Sequence record: DRR723986_5772
Reading direction: 5' to 3' (one strand)
DNA length: 30,007 nt
In this document: in pieces, positions 9,083-18,953 of the stretch
How the letters are laid out: every line of letters starts with the position of its first letter
How positions within the stretch are numbered: position 1 is the first letter of the stretch
Notes under the pieces: model-generated
Seen by the model: only the letters and a program-made list of their open reading frames with translations
What the model was told of the DNA's origin: nothing
Database searches by the model: none
Translations under genes and position numbers: made by a program

Positions 9083-10537
9083 ATGAAAAAAATAACTAGA
9101 AATATCTTCGTTTGCCTGGCTTCGCTTGGTTTGTTTACTGCTTGTGATTTAGACCTTCAGCCTATCTCTGAGATAGGCGAGGGAAACTTCTATCAAACAG
9201 ATTTAGATTTCAATACTGCAATGGTAGCTGCATACAATGGCATGCAAGCACCCATTCTCAATGAGTGGGCGATGACAGAATTGAGATCTGATAATACACG
9301 TCTCCACAACTCGCAAACTGCGAGCAACATTTATATCCCACTTCGGGAGTTGGACTTGATGACCTTCACAGCAGAGCAGCCTAATATCTACGAGTATTGG
9401 GCAGATACCTATCAGAATATCTCTCGCGTAAATACTGTATTAGATCGACTAGATGATATAGAAAGTCAGTCCCTTCGTGCTCAACTTGAAGGTGAAGCTT
9501 CATTTATTCGAGCATATCATTACTTCAACTTAGTAAGATTATTTGGAGAAGTGTATTTGGTCGATTCGCGAATCTCTGCGCAAGAAGCCAAAAACCTGAC
9601 GCCTGCTAGTGTGGACGCACTTTATTCTTTTATAATCTCAGATTTGACCGCTGCGGCTTCCTTGCTCCCAACAAGCTATCCAGCAGAAAGTGCCGGAAGA
9701 GCAACTTCTTGGGCTGCAAAAGGTCTTTTGGCGAAAGTGTATAGAACTCAACGCAAGTTTACCGAGGCAGAAACCTTACTAGCAGAAGTGATCGCCGGAA
9801 GCGGAGCGGCTTTACTTACTGGAGCTAATGGCTACCAGCAAGTATTCTCCACCTCCAATGAGCTAAATAAAGAGATCCTGTTTGCAGTGCGTTTTAAAGC
9901 AGGTGGGTTGGGAATTGGTTCTCCATTAGCAAATTACTTCGCACCTCAGAATAGCGGTTCTTTTGTAATCAACGGAGATGGAAACCACTTCAATAAACCT
10001 ACAGATGAATTAATCAATCTGTATGATTCAGCAGACCTGCGTCAAAATGTAGCGTTTCAAAGAGGATACATAGGCGCAGGGGGAAATTTTGTAGAAGATA
10101 ATTTCGTCTATAAATTTTATTCTCCTGTCTCCATCAGCCAAGATGCAGAAAATGATTTCCCAGTGCTTAGATATGCCGACATCCTCCTGATGTACGCAGA
10201 AGCGCTCAATGAAAACGGAAAAACGGCTATGGCACTGACCTATTTGAATCAAGTGCGAGAGCGAGCAGGCTTGACTGCTTATACCATTGAAGAAGTTGGT
10301 TCTAAAGACGCATTTACTGAAAAATTACTATTAGAAAGAAGGTTGGAATTTGCCTTTGAAAATCAGCGATGGTTTGATCTAGTACTATATAATATGGTAG
10401 AAGAAACGCTAAATACACAATATGAAACCGAAGTATTCTACTCTGAATATACCTTCGGAATCAGTCCAGTACAATCTGACAAATTACTGCTTCCACTACC
10501 TCAGCGTGAAGTAGACATATTTAATCAGGGCAACTAA
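9083..10537 (+). CDS. susD: SusD/RagB-family glycan-binding outer membrane lipoprotein
   Basis: Lipobox LFTAC; motifs GEASFIRAYHYFNLVRLFG, LRYADILLMYAEA, LNQVRERAG and ERRLEFAFENQRWFDL. Directly follows susC; ATG 9083 preferred. Confidence 0.96.
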   Translation: MKKITRNIFVCLASLGLFTACDLDLQPISEIGEGNFYQTDLDFNTAMVAAYNGMQAPILNEWAMTELRSDNTRLHNSQTASNIYIPLRELDLMTFTAEQPNIYEYWADTYQNISRVNTVLDRLDDIESQSLRAQLEGEASFIRAYHYFNLVRLFGEVYLVDSRISAQEAKNLTPASVDALYSFIISDLTAAASLLPTSYPAESAGRATSWAAKGLLAKVYRTQRKFTEAETLLAEVIAGSGAALLTGANGYQQVFSTSNELNKEILFAVRFKAGGLGIGSPLANYFAPQNSGSFVINGDGNHFNKPTDELINLYDSADLRQNVAFQRGYIGAGGNFVEDNFVYKFYSPVSISQDAENDFPVLRYADILLMYAEALNENGKTAMALTYLNQVRERAGLTAYTIEEVGSKDAFTEKLLLERRLEFAFENQRWFDLVLYNMVEETLNTQYETEVFYSEYTFGISPVQSDKLLLPLPQREVDIFNQGN

Positions 10538-10598
10538 ACCTATGTAGATAGATACGGTCGGTCTGGTTTACCATGGGGGTTTCCAGATCGGCCATTCT

Positions 10599-10618
10599 TC
10601 TTAAGCATATGCTTAAGA
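10599..10618. repeat. Perfect 20-bp palindrome TCTTAAGCATATGCTTAAGA
   Basis: Identical to its own reverse complement; lies in the susD-lyase spacer. Confidence 0.9.
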
Positions 10619-10676
10619 CTAGCCACCGCTTTGTCTTTTCATTAAAGAAAACCAAGGACAATCCGTCCAAAATCAA

Positions 10677-12950
10677 ATGAACCATCTTAGGAATTACATC
10701 TTCTTTCTCTTCTTATTCATAGCTGTAAAAGCCATGTCTCAGAATGAAACTAAGGAATATCCTATGCCTTCTGAGGAGTCATTTTTTGAAACATTACCCG
10801 ACTCTATTTCGGGATTTGCAGAAATAAAGAGCCTTTATACCGATGGAAGTCGTACTGAAGCTATAAAACAACTGGCTTCCTATTTCAAAGTCAAAGCAGC
10901 AGAAAGATTCTTTTTTAACTGGCAAAATGTACCTCAGCGCATGACTGAGTACAATGAAATGTATCCTTCTGCAGCCAAAAGTCACCTTAAAGACGCGCAA
11001 GATCATACTAGTGATTTTTCGGCTTCTACTTCGTGGAGATTACCTTTTGTAAACAAGGCAGGCAAACAAATGGATGCCTATGCCATTAGACATTTATTTC
11101 GTCAGCACAAAGCAGGCGATTTAGCATTTAGCTTTTTTCTTTCAGACAAAGCAGAATACTTACCATATTTCACTGAGCATGTGAAAAGCCTAGGTTCTGC
11201 CTATCAAGACGGAACTATAGAATTGATCGAACATGGAAATGGAGCCTACGAGGCTTTCCGTGGGGGAAATAGAATAGAAAACTGGGTGCTGGCACATCAT
11301 TTATTTCTGGCTTCGGAGAAATACTCGGCCGAAGACCAGGTACTAGCCATGCGTATGTTCTTACATCATGCAGAGGTCCTTTACCACACCAACCAATCCT
11401 TCAATTACGGGAATCACCAGACCAAAGGAATGGTAGCATTGGCAGTAATCTCAATGATGTATCCGGAATTTGATACGAATAAAAAATACTATGACTTTGC
11501 GATAGCTATCCTAGGCGAGCACCTAGAAAAGGAAGTTAATCCTGACGGGTTTCAATTTGAGCGCTCCTTCCACTATCACGTGGGAGATATAGACAATTAT
11601 TTCCGCGTATATAAACTGGCTCAAATTACAGGAAGTCCTATTCCTGAAGCTTGGTCAGGCAAACTGAAAGCAATGTTTTCGGCGATGCTAGCTATAGCTC
11701 TTCCCAATAAAAATGCCCCAGTCATACAGGACGACACTGATCAACCGATGGCTACTCAGAATAATCTGGGTGAAATCATGGCACTGGGCTACGCGCTTTT
11801 TCCTGAGCCAGAATACGGATTCTTAGCCGCAAATCACCCGTCCGAGGAATACTATTGGTTGCTGGGAAAAGCCGACTTGGAGAATCTTCAAGGAAAAAAA
11901 TCTAAGAAACCCACCTTCAAATCCACTGCACTGGAATCTACTGGATATTATGTATTCCGAGAGGGCTGGAAAGAAAATGACCTCTACATGCTCATCAGTA
12001 CAGGAGTTTCAAAGGAAAAGCCAGATCACCAGCACGGCGACGTTTTAGGTTTTCAACTTTTTGCCAATGGCGAGATGCTGATGCCAAATTACCAAGTTCG
12101 CTATCCATTACCCGAATTCCAGTTTTTCAAAAATTCCTGGGTGAAAAATGTCGCATTGGTGGACTCAATCCCACAAGGCCAAGACTGGACTGGAAATCAA
12201 GGAGGAAGTGGTTTTGGTAAGTTTCAGACTTTACCGAAAGCTTTGGTCAGCCAATGGGAGCCAAAAGGTGAGATTCAAGCTTTCCGCGGATCACACGATG
12301 GATACCAAACCATAGGGGTGAATTATGGACGTACGATCTATTATTTCTCTGGAGATTTCTTTCTGATCCTTGATGAGTTTGAAGGAGAAAGAGCGCATGA
12401 ATTCTATCAGAATTTTCAAGGAAACTACTCCTTGGAAGATACTCCGATGATAGCAAGAGCTAATCTAGCTAACGCTTCAGGACTGGACATCATCCAGCTT
12501 GGGGACCAAATTTCAAATGCAAAATTAAGTGGTAATAACGGCAAGAACCGAATCACTTTCCAATCAATAAGTGCTAACAAACATCGCTTCACCACCATCA
12601 TAAAGCCTTATGGAAAATACGAAGACCGCACTTCTTTACCTAAATCTGATGGAACCATGACCGTAGGTGAATGGCAAATCAATGAAGGCAGCAGCCAGGT
12701 AATGGAAGATTCTTACGTCGCAGCATACATTTTCAAAAAAGATGAAATGACCTTCTTGGTTGGCATGACCGAGATGACGCTAGGAAGCCAAACCTTTTTA
12801 TCCGCAATCCCAGCTGACGTTTTGATCAGTACGATGGATGGGAAGTTGGAAATCAAATCCTTCGGAGAAAAGGAAATAACCTTAAGAAGTAACGGCCAGG
12901 ATTTCACAATCTCTGCGCTAGAAACCTTGACACTAAACCCAACTCAATGA
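10677..12950 (+). CDS. Secreted heparinase II/III-family polysaccharide lyase (PL12-like), substrate uncertain
   Basis: Signal peptide, GNHQ, DGFQFERSFHYH (resembles the PL12 DGxQxExxxxYH motif), GYYVFREGW and HQHGDVLGFQL (HxHxD). Architecture resembles an alpha-toroid plus beta-sandwich. Confidence 0.75.
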   Translation: MNHLRNYIFFLFLFIAVKAMSQNETKEYPMPSEESFFETLPDSISGFAEIKSLYTDGSRTEAIKQLASYFKVKAAERFFFNWQNVPQRMTEYNEMYPSAAKSHLKDAQDHTSDFSASTSWRLPFVNKAGKQMDAYAIRHLFRQHKAGDLAFSFFLSDKAEYLPYFTEHVKSLGSAYQDGTIELIEHGNGAYEAFRGGNRIENWVLAHHLFLASEKYSAEDQVLAMRMFLHHAEVLYHTNQSFNYGNHQTKGMVALAVISMMYPEFDTNKKYYDFAIAILGEHLEKEVNPDGFQFERSFHYHVGDIDNYFRVYKLAQITGSPIPEAWSGKLKAMFSAMLAIALPNKNAPVIQDDTDQPMATQNNLGEIMALGYALFPEPEYGFLAANHPSEEYYWLLGKADLENLQGKKSKKPTFKSTALESTGYYVFREGWKENDLYMLISTGVSKEKPDHQHGDVLGFQLFANGEMLMPNYQVRYPLPEFQFFKNSWVKNVALVDSIPQGQDWTGNQGGSGFGKFQTLPKALVSQWEPKGEIQAFRGSHDGYQTIGVNYGRTIYYFSGDFFLILDEFEGERAHEFYQNFQGNYSLEDTPMIARANLANASGLDIIQLGDQISNAKLSGNNGKNRITFQSISANKHRFTTIIKPYGKYEDRTSLPKSDGTMTVGEWQINEGSSQVMEDSYVAAYIFKKDEMTFLVGMTEMTLGSQTFLSAIPADVLISTMDGKLEIKSFGEKEITLRSNGQDFTISALETLTLNPTQ

Positions 12951-15151
12951 CTAAGTCAATAAATAATTTGAATTATTACCTCAGCTGGGTCCTGCTTTGC
13001 CTGCTTCCAATGGGATGTCAAAGCAAGCAGAGCCACTCAGTAGTGAAAAATAAAACCGAATATGATTCTGCTGTAAAATCTCTTAAGCCCGGAGATACCT
13101 TATTTCTCGCAAATGGAGTTTGGAAGGATGTGGAGTTAGTATTTGAAGGAAAAGGAACAGCTGATTCCCTGATCGTACTCCTAGCAGAAACTCCCGGAGA
13201 AGTATTTATGGAAGGCAAATCCAATCTGAGTATAGCCGGCGAATATTTAGTCGTGAAAGGGTTAGTTTTCAGAAATGGCTACACTCCATCCGGTGAAGTG
13301 ATTTCATTCAGAAAAGATAGTAAGAATCTTGCATTCAACTCTAGAATCACGGAATGTGTGATTGATAATTACAACAATCCGGACAGAAACGCTCAAGATT
13401 CCTGGGTTATGATGTATGGACAAAACAACAGATTTGATCACAATCATATCGAAGGAAAGCGAAATCAAGGAGTGACGATGGCTGTGCGACTGAATTCTGA
13501 AGACAGTCAAGAAAATCACCACAGCATCGACCATAATTACTTTGGCCCACGCCCAATCTTAGGCTCAAATGGCGGCGAGACGCTTCGTGTGGGCACAAGT
13601 CAATATTCCCTGAGCAACTCAAACACGCTAATTGAGAATAACTATTTCGATAAGTGTAATGGGGAAACTGAGATCATTTCCATCAAATCTGGAGGAAACA
13701 TTATCCGCGGAAATGTTTTCTTCGAATCAAAAGGATCACTGACCCTGAGACATGGAAATGGCAACATCGTGGAAAGAAATATCTTTCTAGGAAACGGTCA
13801 ACCAGAGACAGGTGGCATCCGCGTGATCAATGCAGATCATAAGATTGAAAACAACTACATGCAGGATCTCACCGGGGATAAATTCCGTGCAGGCATCACA
13901 GTGATGAACGGGGTGCCCAATTCCAGTATCAATCGGTATCACCAGGTGAAAAATGTGCAAATCAATAATAACACATTTGTGAATGTAGCGCACATTGAAT
14001 TGGCTGTAGGTAGTGACGAAGAGAGGTCAGCGATTCCGATGAATAGCCATTTTACCAACAACTTGATTTTCAACGAAAATCAAACTGATAATTTTAAATC
14101 ATACGACGACATTTCAGGAATTTCCTTTGCGGGAAACGTCTCTAATTTTTCTTCCAGGCTTATTCCAAATGGCCTGAGCAATCAGTCATTAAAATTTCAA
14201 AAAGCCGAAAATGGTCTGATGTATACATCTGATGCGAGCAATTCTATCGGCGCTCCAGCAGATTTGGTAGTGGTACAAAAGTCTGAAACTGGCACTTCTT
14301 GGTACCCAAAGGTTTCTAAAGAAATCGTCTTTTCTACAGGAAAAACTATTCCAGTAACTCCGGGATTGAATACGATCGCCGATGCATTGGAAAATGCTGA
14401 AACTGGCGATATACTGCATTTAGCAGCTGGATCTTATCAACAGAGCAAAGTGCTGGAAGTCAGCTTCCCATTGACTGTAAAAGGTGGGTCGGACTCTGAA
14501 ATCAGCTTTGAGGGAACTCATCTATTTGAGATATACGATGGTGGTGCTTTGAGATTGGAAGGCATCAAAGTCAATGGAAAAAATTCTGCTGATGCTGCCG
14601 GAAACGCGGTAGTAAGGCTAAATAGATCTGGTACGCTGAAAAATTACAAGTTGGAAGTTAGCCACAGTGAGTTTGTAGACATGACGGTCAACCATTCATT
14701 CAATTTCTTAGAAGCTTCAAAAGGCAGTTTTGCTGATACCGTGCTGATCAGAGATTCCAAGTTTGAAAACTTCACTGGATCTATACTCACCCTTAATAAG
14801 GAAACAGATGATCTGGGCAAATACAACGCTGAATATGTGATTTTGGAGGGGAATTCCTTTTCAAATATCGGTGGAAAAGTAGTGGATATGTATAGAGGTG
14901 GGACAGACGAAAGTACGTTTGGACCTTACCTCATCGCAAGCAATAACCAACTGACAACGGTCGGAAAAAACAGTAGAAATCAAGACGGAGCTTCTCTAGT
15001 AATACACGGAGCACAATGGGTGCTGGTCACAGGCAATTCCTTTACCTCCTCATCTCCAATAAAATTGGTGGAAACAGTGGGGACACCCATGCTGAAATTT
15101 TCGGATAACGATTTTGATATGCCTTCTTTATTCACCCACGCAATCAAATAA
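12947..15151 (+). CDS. PL6 alginate lyase (chondroitinase B-type beta-helix), two-domain lipoprotein
   Basis: Lipobox-like PMGC; LKPGDTLFLANGVW, HNYFGPRPILGSNGGETLRVGTS, CNGETEIISIKS and GSLTLRHG (catalytic Lys/Arg region). A second beta-helix domain carries YRGGTDESTFGP. ATGA overlap with the upstream gene. Confidence 0.92.
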   Translation: MTKSINNLNYYLSWVLLCLLPMGCQSKQSHSVVKNKTEYDSAVKSLKPGDTLFLANGVWKDVELVFEGKGTADSLIVLLAETPGEVFMEGKSNLSIAGEYLVVKGLVFRNGYTPSGEVISFRKDSKNLAFNSRITECVIDNYNNPDRNAQDSWVMMYGQNNRFDHNHIEGKRNQGVTMAVRLNSEDSQENHHSIDHNYFGPRPILGSNGGETLRVGTSQYSLSNSNTLIENNYFDKCNGETEIISIKSGGNIIRGNVFFESKGSLTLRHGNGNIVERNIFLGNGQPETGGIRVINADHKIENNYMQDLTGDKFRAGITVMNGVPNSSINRYHQVKNVQINNNTFVNVAHIELAVGSDEERSAIPMNSHFTNNLIFNENQTDNFKSYDDISGISFAGNVSNFSSRLIPNGLSNQSLKFQKAENGLMYTSDASNSIGAPADLVVVQKSETGTSWYPKVSKEIVFSTGKTIPVTPGLNTIADALENAETGDILHLAAGSYQQSKVLEVSFPLTVKGGSDSEISFEGTHLFEIYDGGALRLEGIKVNGKNSADAAGNAVVRLNRSGTLKNYKLEVSHSEFVDMTVNHSFNFLEASKGSFADTVLIRDSKFENFTGSILTLNKETDDLGKYNAEYVILEGNSFSNIGGKVVDMYRGGTDESTFGPYLIASNNQLTTVGKNSRNQDGASLVIHGAQWVLVTGNSFTSSSPIKLVETVGTPMLKFSDNDFDMPSLFTHAIK

Positions 15152-15153
15152 CA

Positions 15154-17259
15154 ATGACCCGAACCCAACTATTCTTACTGGCTTTAAGTTTCTGCTCAAG
15201 CTTTTGCTTTGCGCAGCAAAAAATCCCTTCAGCCGAAAGCAAACTTCTTCTTACATCCAAAGGTGTGAAGGACTACAGATTTTTGGCAGAAAAATATCCA
15301 AAAGCTGTGCAACAGATAGAGGAAATGAAAGCCAAAGTCGAAGCAGAAATGGCTGAGCCTATCAATGTACCTATCCCAAAGGATGCCGGGGGAGGATTCA
15401 CTCATGAGAAACACAAATCGAATCAACTCTCGATTTTCCAGGCAGGGGTGCTCTACAAACTTACAGGAGAAGAGAAATACGCGAAGCACTCCAAAGTACT
15501 TTTAACTGCATATGCGAAAATGTACAAAACCCTTCCACTGCATCCTGAGAAAAAGGAGCAGACTCCAGGAAAGCTGTTTTGGCAAAGTTTGAATGATGCC
15601 GTGTGGCTAGTCTATACAGTTCAAGGCTTCGATGCAATCAAATCCTATTTGACACCTGAAGAGCGGGATTACCTCAAAACAGAATTATTTGAGCCTTATG
15701 TGGAATTTCTAAGTGTAGACGGCGCGGAAACCTTCAATAAAATCCATAATCATGGTACTTGGGCTCTAGCGGCGGTAGGGATGACTGGTTATAGTCTGGA
15801 AGTAGATGAGTGGGTGCAGATGGCATTGAAAGGTACCGCTGCAGATGGATCAGGTGGCTTTATTGCCCAGTTGGATCAGCTCTTTTCTCCAGACGGTTAT
15901 TACACCGAAGGTCCTTATTACCAAAGATATGCATTGCTACCCTTTGTGGTTTTTGGTCAGGCCATCGCAACTAATAATCCAGAACTGAAAATTTTTGAAC
16001 ACCGGAATGCTATTCTGACTAAGGCCATTTATACAGCCATAGACCTGACCTATGCGGGTCATTTCTTCCCGATCAATGATGCGTTAAAAGAGAAAAATCT
16101 GAAAACCTCCGAGATGGTTTTTGGAGTGGATATCGCCTACAGCATTACCAAGGATGCCTCCCTACTGTCTATTGCAGAATACCAGCAAAATTTTGCTCCC
16201 ATCGATGGTGGGTTTAGCGTGGCGGCAGCAGTAGCAGCTGGATTGACTAAGCCTTATGATTTCAAATCTATACGGGTGAGAGATGGGAATGACGGAACGG
16301 AAGGAGGTTTGGCCATTTTCAGAGCAGAGTCCTATACCAATTCCTCTGCATTAATCTACAAGTACACAGCACAGGGAATGGGTCATGGTCATTTCGACAA
16401 ACTGACCTGGTTGTATTACGACAATAATTCTGAAATCATTCGTGACTATGGTGCAGCCAGATTTTTGAACATTGAAGCCAAATATGGTGGACATTATTTG
16501 GCTGAAAACAATACATGGGCTAAGCAATCCATCGCACACAATACGGTGGTAGTTGATGAAAAAAGTCACTTCGGCGGAAAGTTATCCCCAGCTGAGAAGG
16601 CTTTTCCAACTGAATTAATTTTCGATGTAAGTGATCCAGATTACCAAATCGCAAGCGCCGAAATAGAAGGAGTTTACGAAGGTGTAAAGTTCACTCGTAC
16701 AATGATCTATCTGAAAGATGAAGCCTTTGAATATCCGGTGGTCCTCGATCTTTTCGAAATAGAATCTAATGAGGCACATCAATATGATCTTCCAATTCAT
16801 TTCAATGGGCAATTTATTCACTTAAATGTGCCACTGCAGGCGAACAGTACACAAATGAGCCCGCTAGGAAAAGCTAATGGCTACCAGCATCTCTGGAATA
16901 TGGCTCAAGGAAAAGCTCACGACAAGCTCAGTCAATTTACTTGGCTGCTGGATAACAGATTCTACACCTGGAGCACCAAAACCAGCGCAGAGGATGAATT
17001 GATCGTGACTGAATTAGGTGCAAATGATCCGGATTTCAATCTTAGAAATGAGCGCTCCATTATCCTTAGAAGTACAGGACAAGGCAATCACTATTTCCTC
17101 TCTGCTTTGGAAACCCATGGCGATTTTGACTCCAAAAATGAAGTGACTATGAATGCCTCCAATCAAATCCAAGCACTGGAACTTACAGTAAAAGACGGAA
17201 AAAGGTCAATAGTGGTAACAACCAAAGATTCAGGGATCAAAAACTACGAAATCAATTAG
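15154..17259 (+). CDS. PL17 exolytic oligoalginate lyase
   Basis: Signal peptide; PKDAGGGFTHEKHK, LFWQSLND, KIHNHGTW, DGYYTEGPYYQRY, GMGHGHFDKL, DYGAARFLNIE and AKQSIAHNT are typical of PL17. Confidence 0.93.
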   Translation: MTRTQLFLLALSFCSSFCFAQQKIPSAESKLLLTSKGVKDYRFLAEKYPKAVQQIEEMKAKVEAEMAEPINVPIPKDAGGGFTHEKHKSNQLSIFQAGVLYKLTGEEKYAKHSKVLLTAYAKMYKTLPLHPEKKEQTPGKLFWQSLNDAVWLVYTVQGFDAIKSYLTPEERDYLKTELFEPYVEFLSVDGAETFNKIHNHGTWALAAVGMTGYSLEVDEWVQMALKGTAADGSGGFIAQLDQLFSPDGYYTEGPYYQRYALLPFVVFGQAIATNNPELKIFEHRNAILTKAIYTAIDLTYAGHFFPINDALKEKNLKTSEMVFGVDIAYSITKDASLLSIAEYQQNFAPIDGGFSVAAAVAAGLTKPYDFKSIRVRDGNDGTEGGLAIFRAESYTNSSALIYKYTAQGMGHGHFDKLTWLYYDNNSEIIRDYGAARFLNIEAKYGGHYLAENNTWAKQSIAHNTVVVDEKSHFGGKLSPAEKAFPTELIFDVSDPDYQIASAEIEGVYEGVKFTRTMIYLKDEAFEYPVVLDLFEIESNEAHQYDLPIHFNGQFIHLNVPLQANSTQMSPLGKANGYQHLWNMAQGKAHDKLSQFTWLLDNRFYTWSTKTSAEDELIVTELGANDPDFNLRNERSIILRSTGQGNHYFLSALETHGDFDSKNEVTMNASNQIQALELTVKDGKRSIVVTTKDSGIKNYEIN

Positions 17260-17291
17260 TAATCAAACTAGTACATCTAAATAAAGAACGC

Positions 17292-17648
17292 ATGAAATTT
17301 CAAAGTGACATATTTCAAAAAGGGGAAGATATCAAGTGGGAAGTGGTAGGTGAAGGCGTGAAGCGTCAGATCATGGGACACGATGATAAAATTTTGATCG
17401 TAAAAGTTTTTTTCGAGAAAGGAAGCATAGGACCGATTCACGATCATTTTCATAGTCAGGCTACCTACGTAGAATCTGGGGAATTTGAAGTCAATATAGG
17501 TGGAGCCAAAAAAGTACTTAAGGCTGGAGATGGCTTTTACATTCCTCCTCACGAGCCACACGGTGCGGTGTGTTTAGCTGCTGGAGTCTTGATAGATGTC
17601 TTCAGCCCAATCAGAGAGGATTTCTTCACAGGAGAAAAGTATAAATAA
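17292..17648 (+). CDS. kdgF: KdgF-type cupin (linearisation of unsaturated uronate to DEH)
   Basis: GVKRQIMG, HDHFHSQATYVESGEFEV, GDGFYIPPHEPHG and LIDVFSPIREDF; context downstream of PL17. Confidence 0.9.
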   Translation: MKFQSDIFQKGEDIKWEVVGEGVKRQIMGHDDKILIVKVFFEKGSIGPIHDHFHSQATYVESGEFEVNIGGAKKVLKAGDGFYIPPHEPHGAVCLAAGVLIDVFSPIREDFFTGEKYK

Positions 17649-18937
17649 TGAAAAAGGTAAAAGGACTACGATGGTTGGTAGTGAGTCTTGTCGGCCTAGC
17701 TACCGTCATCAATTACATCGATAGAAACGCGCTCGCGGTCATGTGGCCGGGAGTGGCGGAGGATTTGAACATGGGAAAGGAAGATTATGCATTGATCCTC
17801 TCCTTCTTCATGATCGCCTACGCCTTAGGGCAGACAGCCTTTGGGAAAATCTTTGATCAAATCGGTACACGCTTTGGCTTTTTGCTCTCCATTTCTATAT
17901 GGTCAATTTCCATCGCATTACATGCAGTGGCCAAATCTGTTTTGTCCTTTGGAATCTTCAGATTCACACTTGGATTTGGGGAAGCAGGCAACTGGCCAGG
18001 AGCTACTAAGGCAAACGCAGAATGGTTTCCTGTCAAAGAAAGGGCCCTAGCACAAGGAATTTTCAACTCAGGTGCATCTTTGGGCGCAGTCATCTCAGCA
18101 CCAATTATTGCTTGGATGTACGTGACAATTGGTTGGCAGATGACCTTCGTTTGCATAGCGGCGTTGGGATTACTATGGATTATTCCTTGGGTAATCGTGT
18201 ACAAATCCTCACCGGACAAGCATCCTTGGATCACAGAAGAAGAGCGGAATTACATCATCAAAGGCCAAAAGCCAGAACCTGAGCCTGACGATATAGCTCA
18301 GGAGGAGGAATATGTACCTACGCTACGGGAACTATTAAAACTAAAACAAAGCTGGGCTATCATCTTGATGCGCTTCTTTATCGATCCCGTTTGGTGGTTA
18401 TTCGTGTCTTGGCTTCCTATTTATCTCGCAGATCAATTTGGCTTCGACGTGAAGCAAATCGGGCTGTTCGCTTGGGTTCCTTACGTAGGAGCGGCAGTTG
18501 GAAGTTTATTCGGAGGATGGCTCGTAGGTGTCTGGCTCCGCAAAGGCTGGTCAGTCAATAAAGCCAGGAAAACGATTATTTATCTCGGATGCCTGATCAT
18601 GATCCCACCGTTGATCTTGACGGCTTATGCAGCGACTCCATTGATCGCAGTATTATTAATCGCAGTGATTCTTTTCGGTTTCCAAATCGCAATCGGCAAT
18701 ATCCAGACACTTCCAAGTGATTATTTCTCAGGCAAATCTGTAGGTTCCTTAGCTGGAGTTAGCGGATCTGCTGCAGTGATCGGAGTATTGATTACCATCT
18801 GGCTAGTTCCAGTAATCACAGCAACATCTTACGTTCCTTTCTTCGTGTTGGGAGCATCCCTAGTACCCCTAGCTTTAGTATCATTTGCACTGCTAGGAGG
18901 CAAAATCAAACCAGTAACTAATCTCATTTCAAAATAA
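17648..18937 (+). CDS. MFS hexuronate/DEH transporter (ExuT-like)
   Basis: About 12 hydrophobic segments; LATVINYIDR, GEAGNWPGATKANAEWFP and ERALAQGIFNSGAS. TAATG overlap with kdgF. Confidence 0.9.
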   Translation: MKKVKGLRWLVVSLVGLATVINYIDRNALAVMWPGVAEDLNMGKEDYALILSFFMIAYALGQTAFGKIFDQIGTRFGFLLSISIWSISIALHAVAKSVLSFGIFRFTLGFGEAGNWPGATKANAEWFPVKERALAQGIFNSGASLGAVISAPIIAWMYVTIGWQMTFVCIAALGLLWIIPWVIVYKSSPDKHPWITEEERNYIIKGQKPEPEPDDIAQEEEYVPTLRELLKLKQSWAIILMRFFIDPVWWLFVSWLPIYLADQFGFDVKQIGLFAWVPYVGAAVGSLFGGWLVGVWLRKGWSVNKARKTIIYLGCLIMIPPLILTAYAATPLIAVLLIAVILFGFQIAIGNIQTLPSDYFSGKSVGSLAGVSGSAAVIGVLITIWLVPVITATSYVPFFVLGASLVPLALVSFALLGGKIKPVTNLISK

Positions 18938-18953
18938 ATTTAATTCGAACAGT

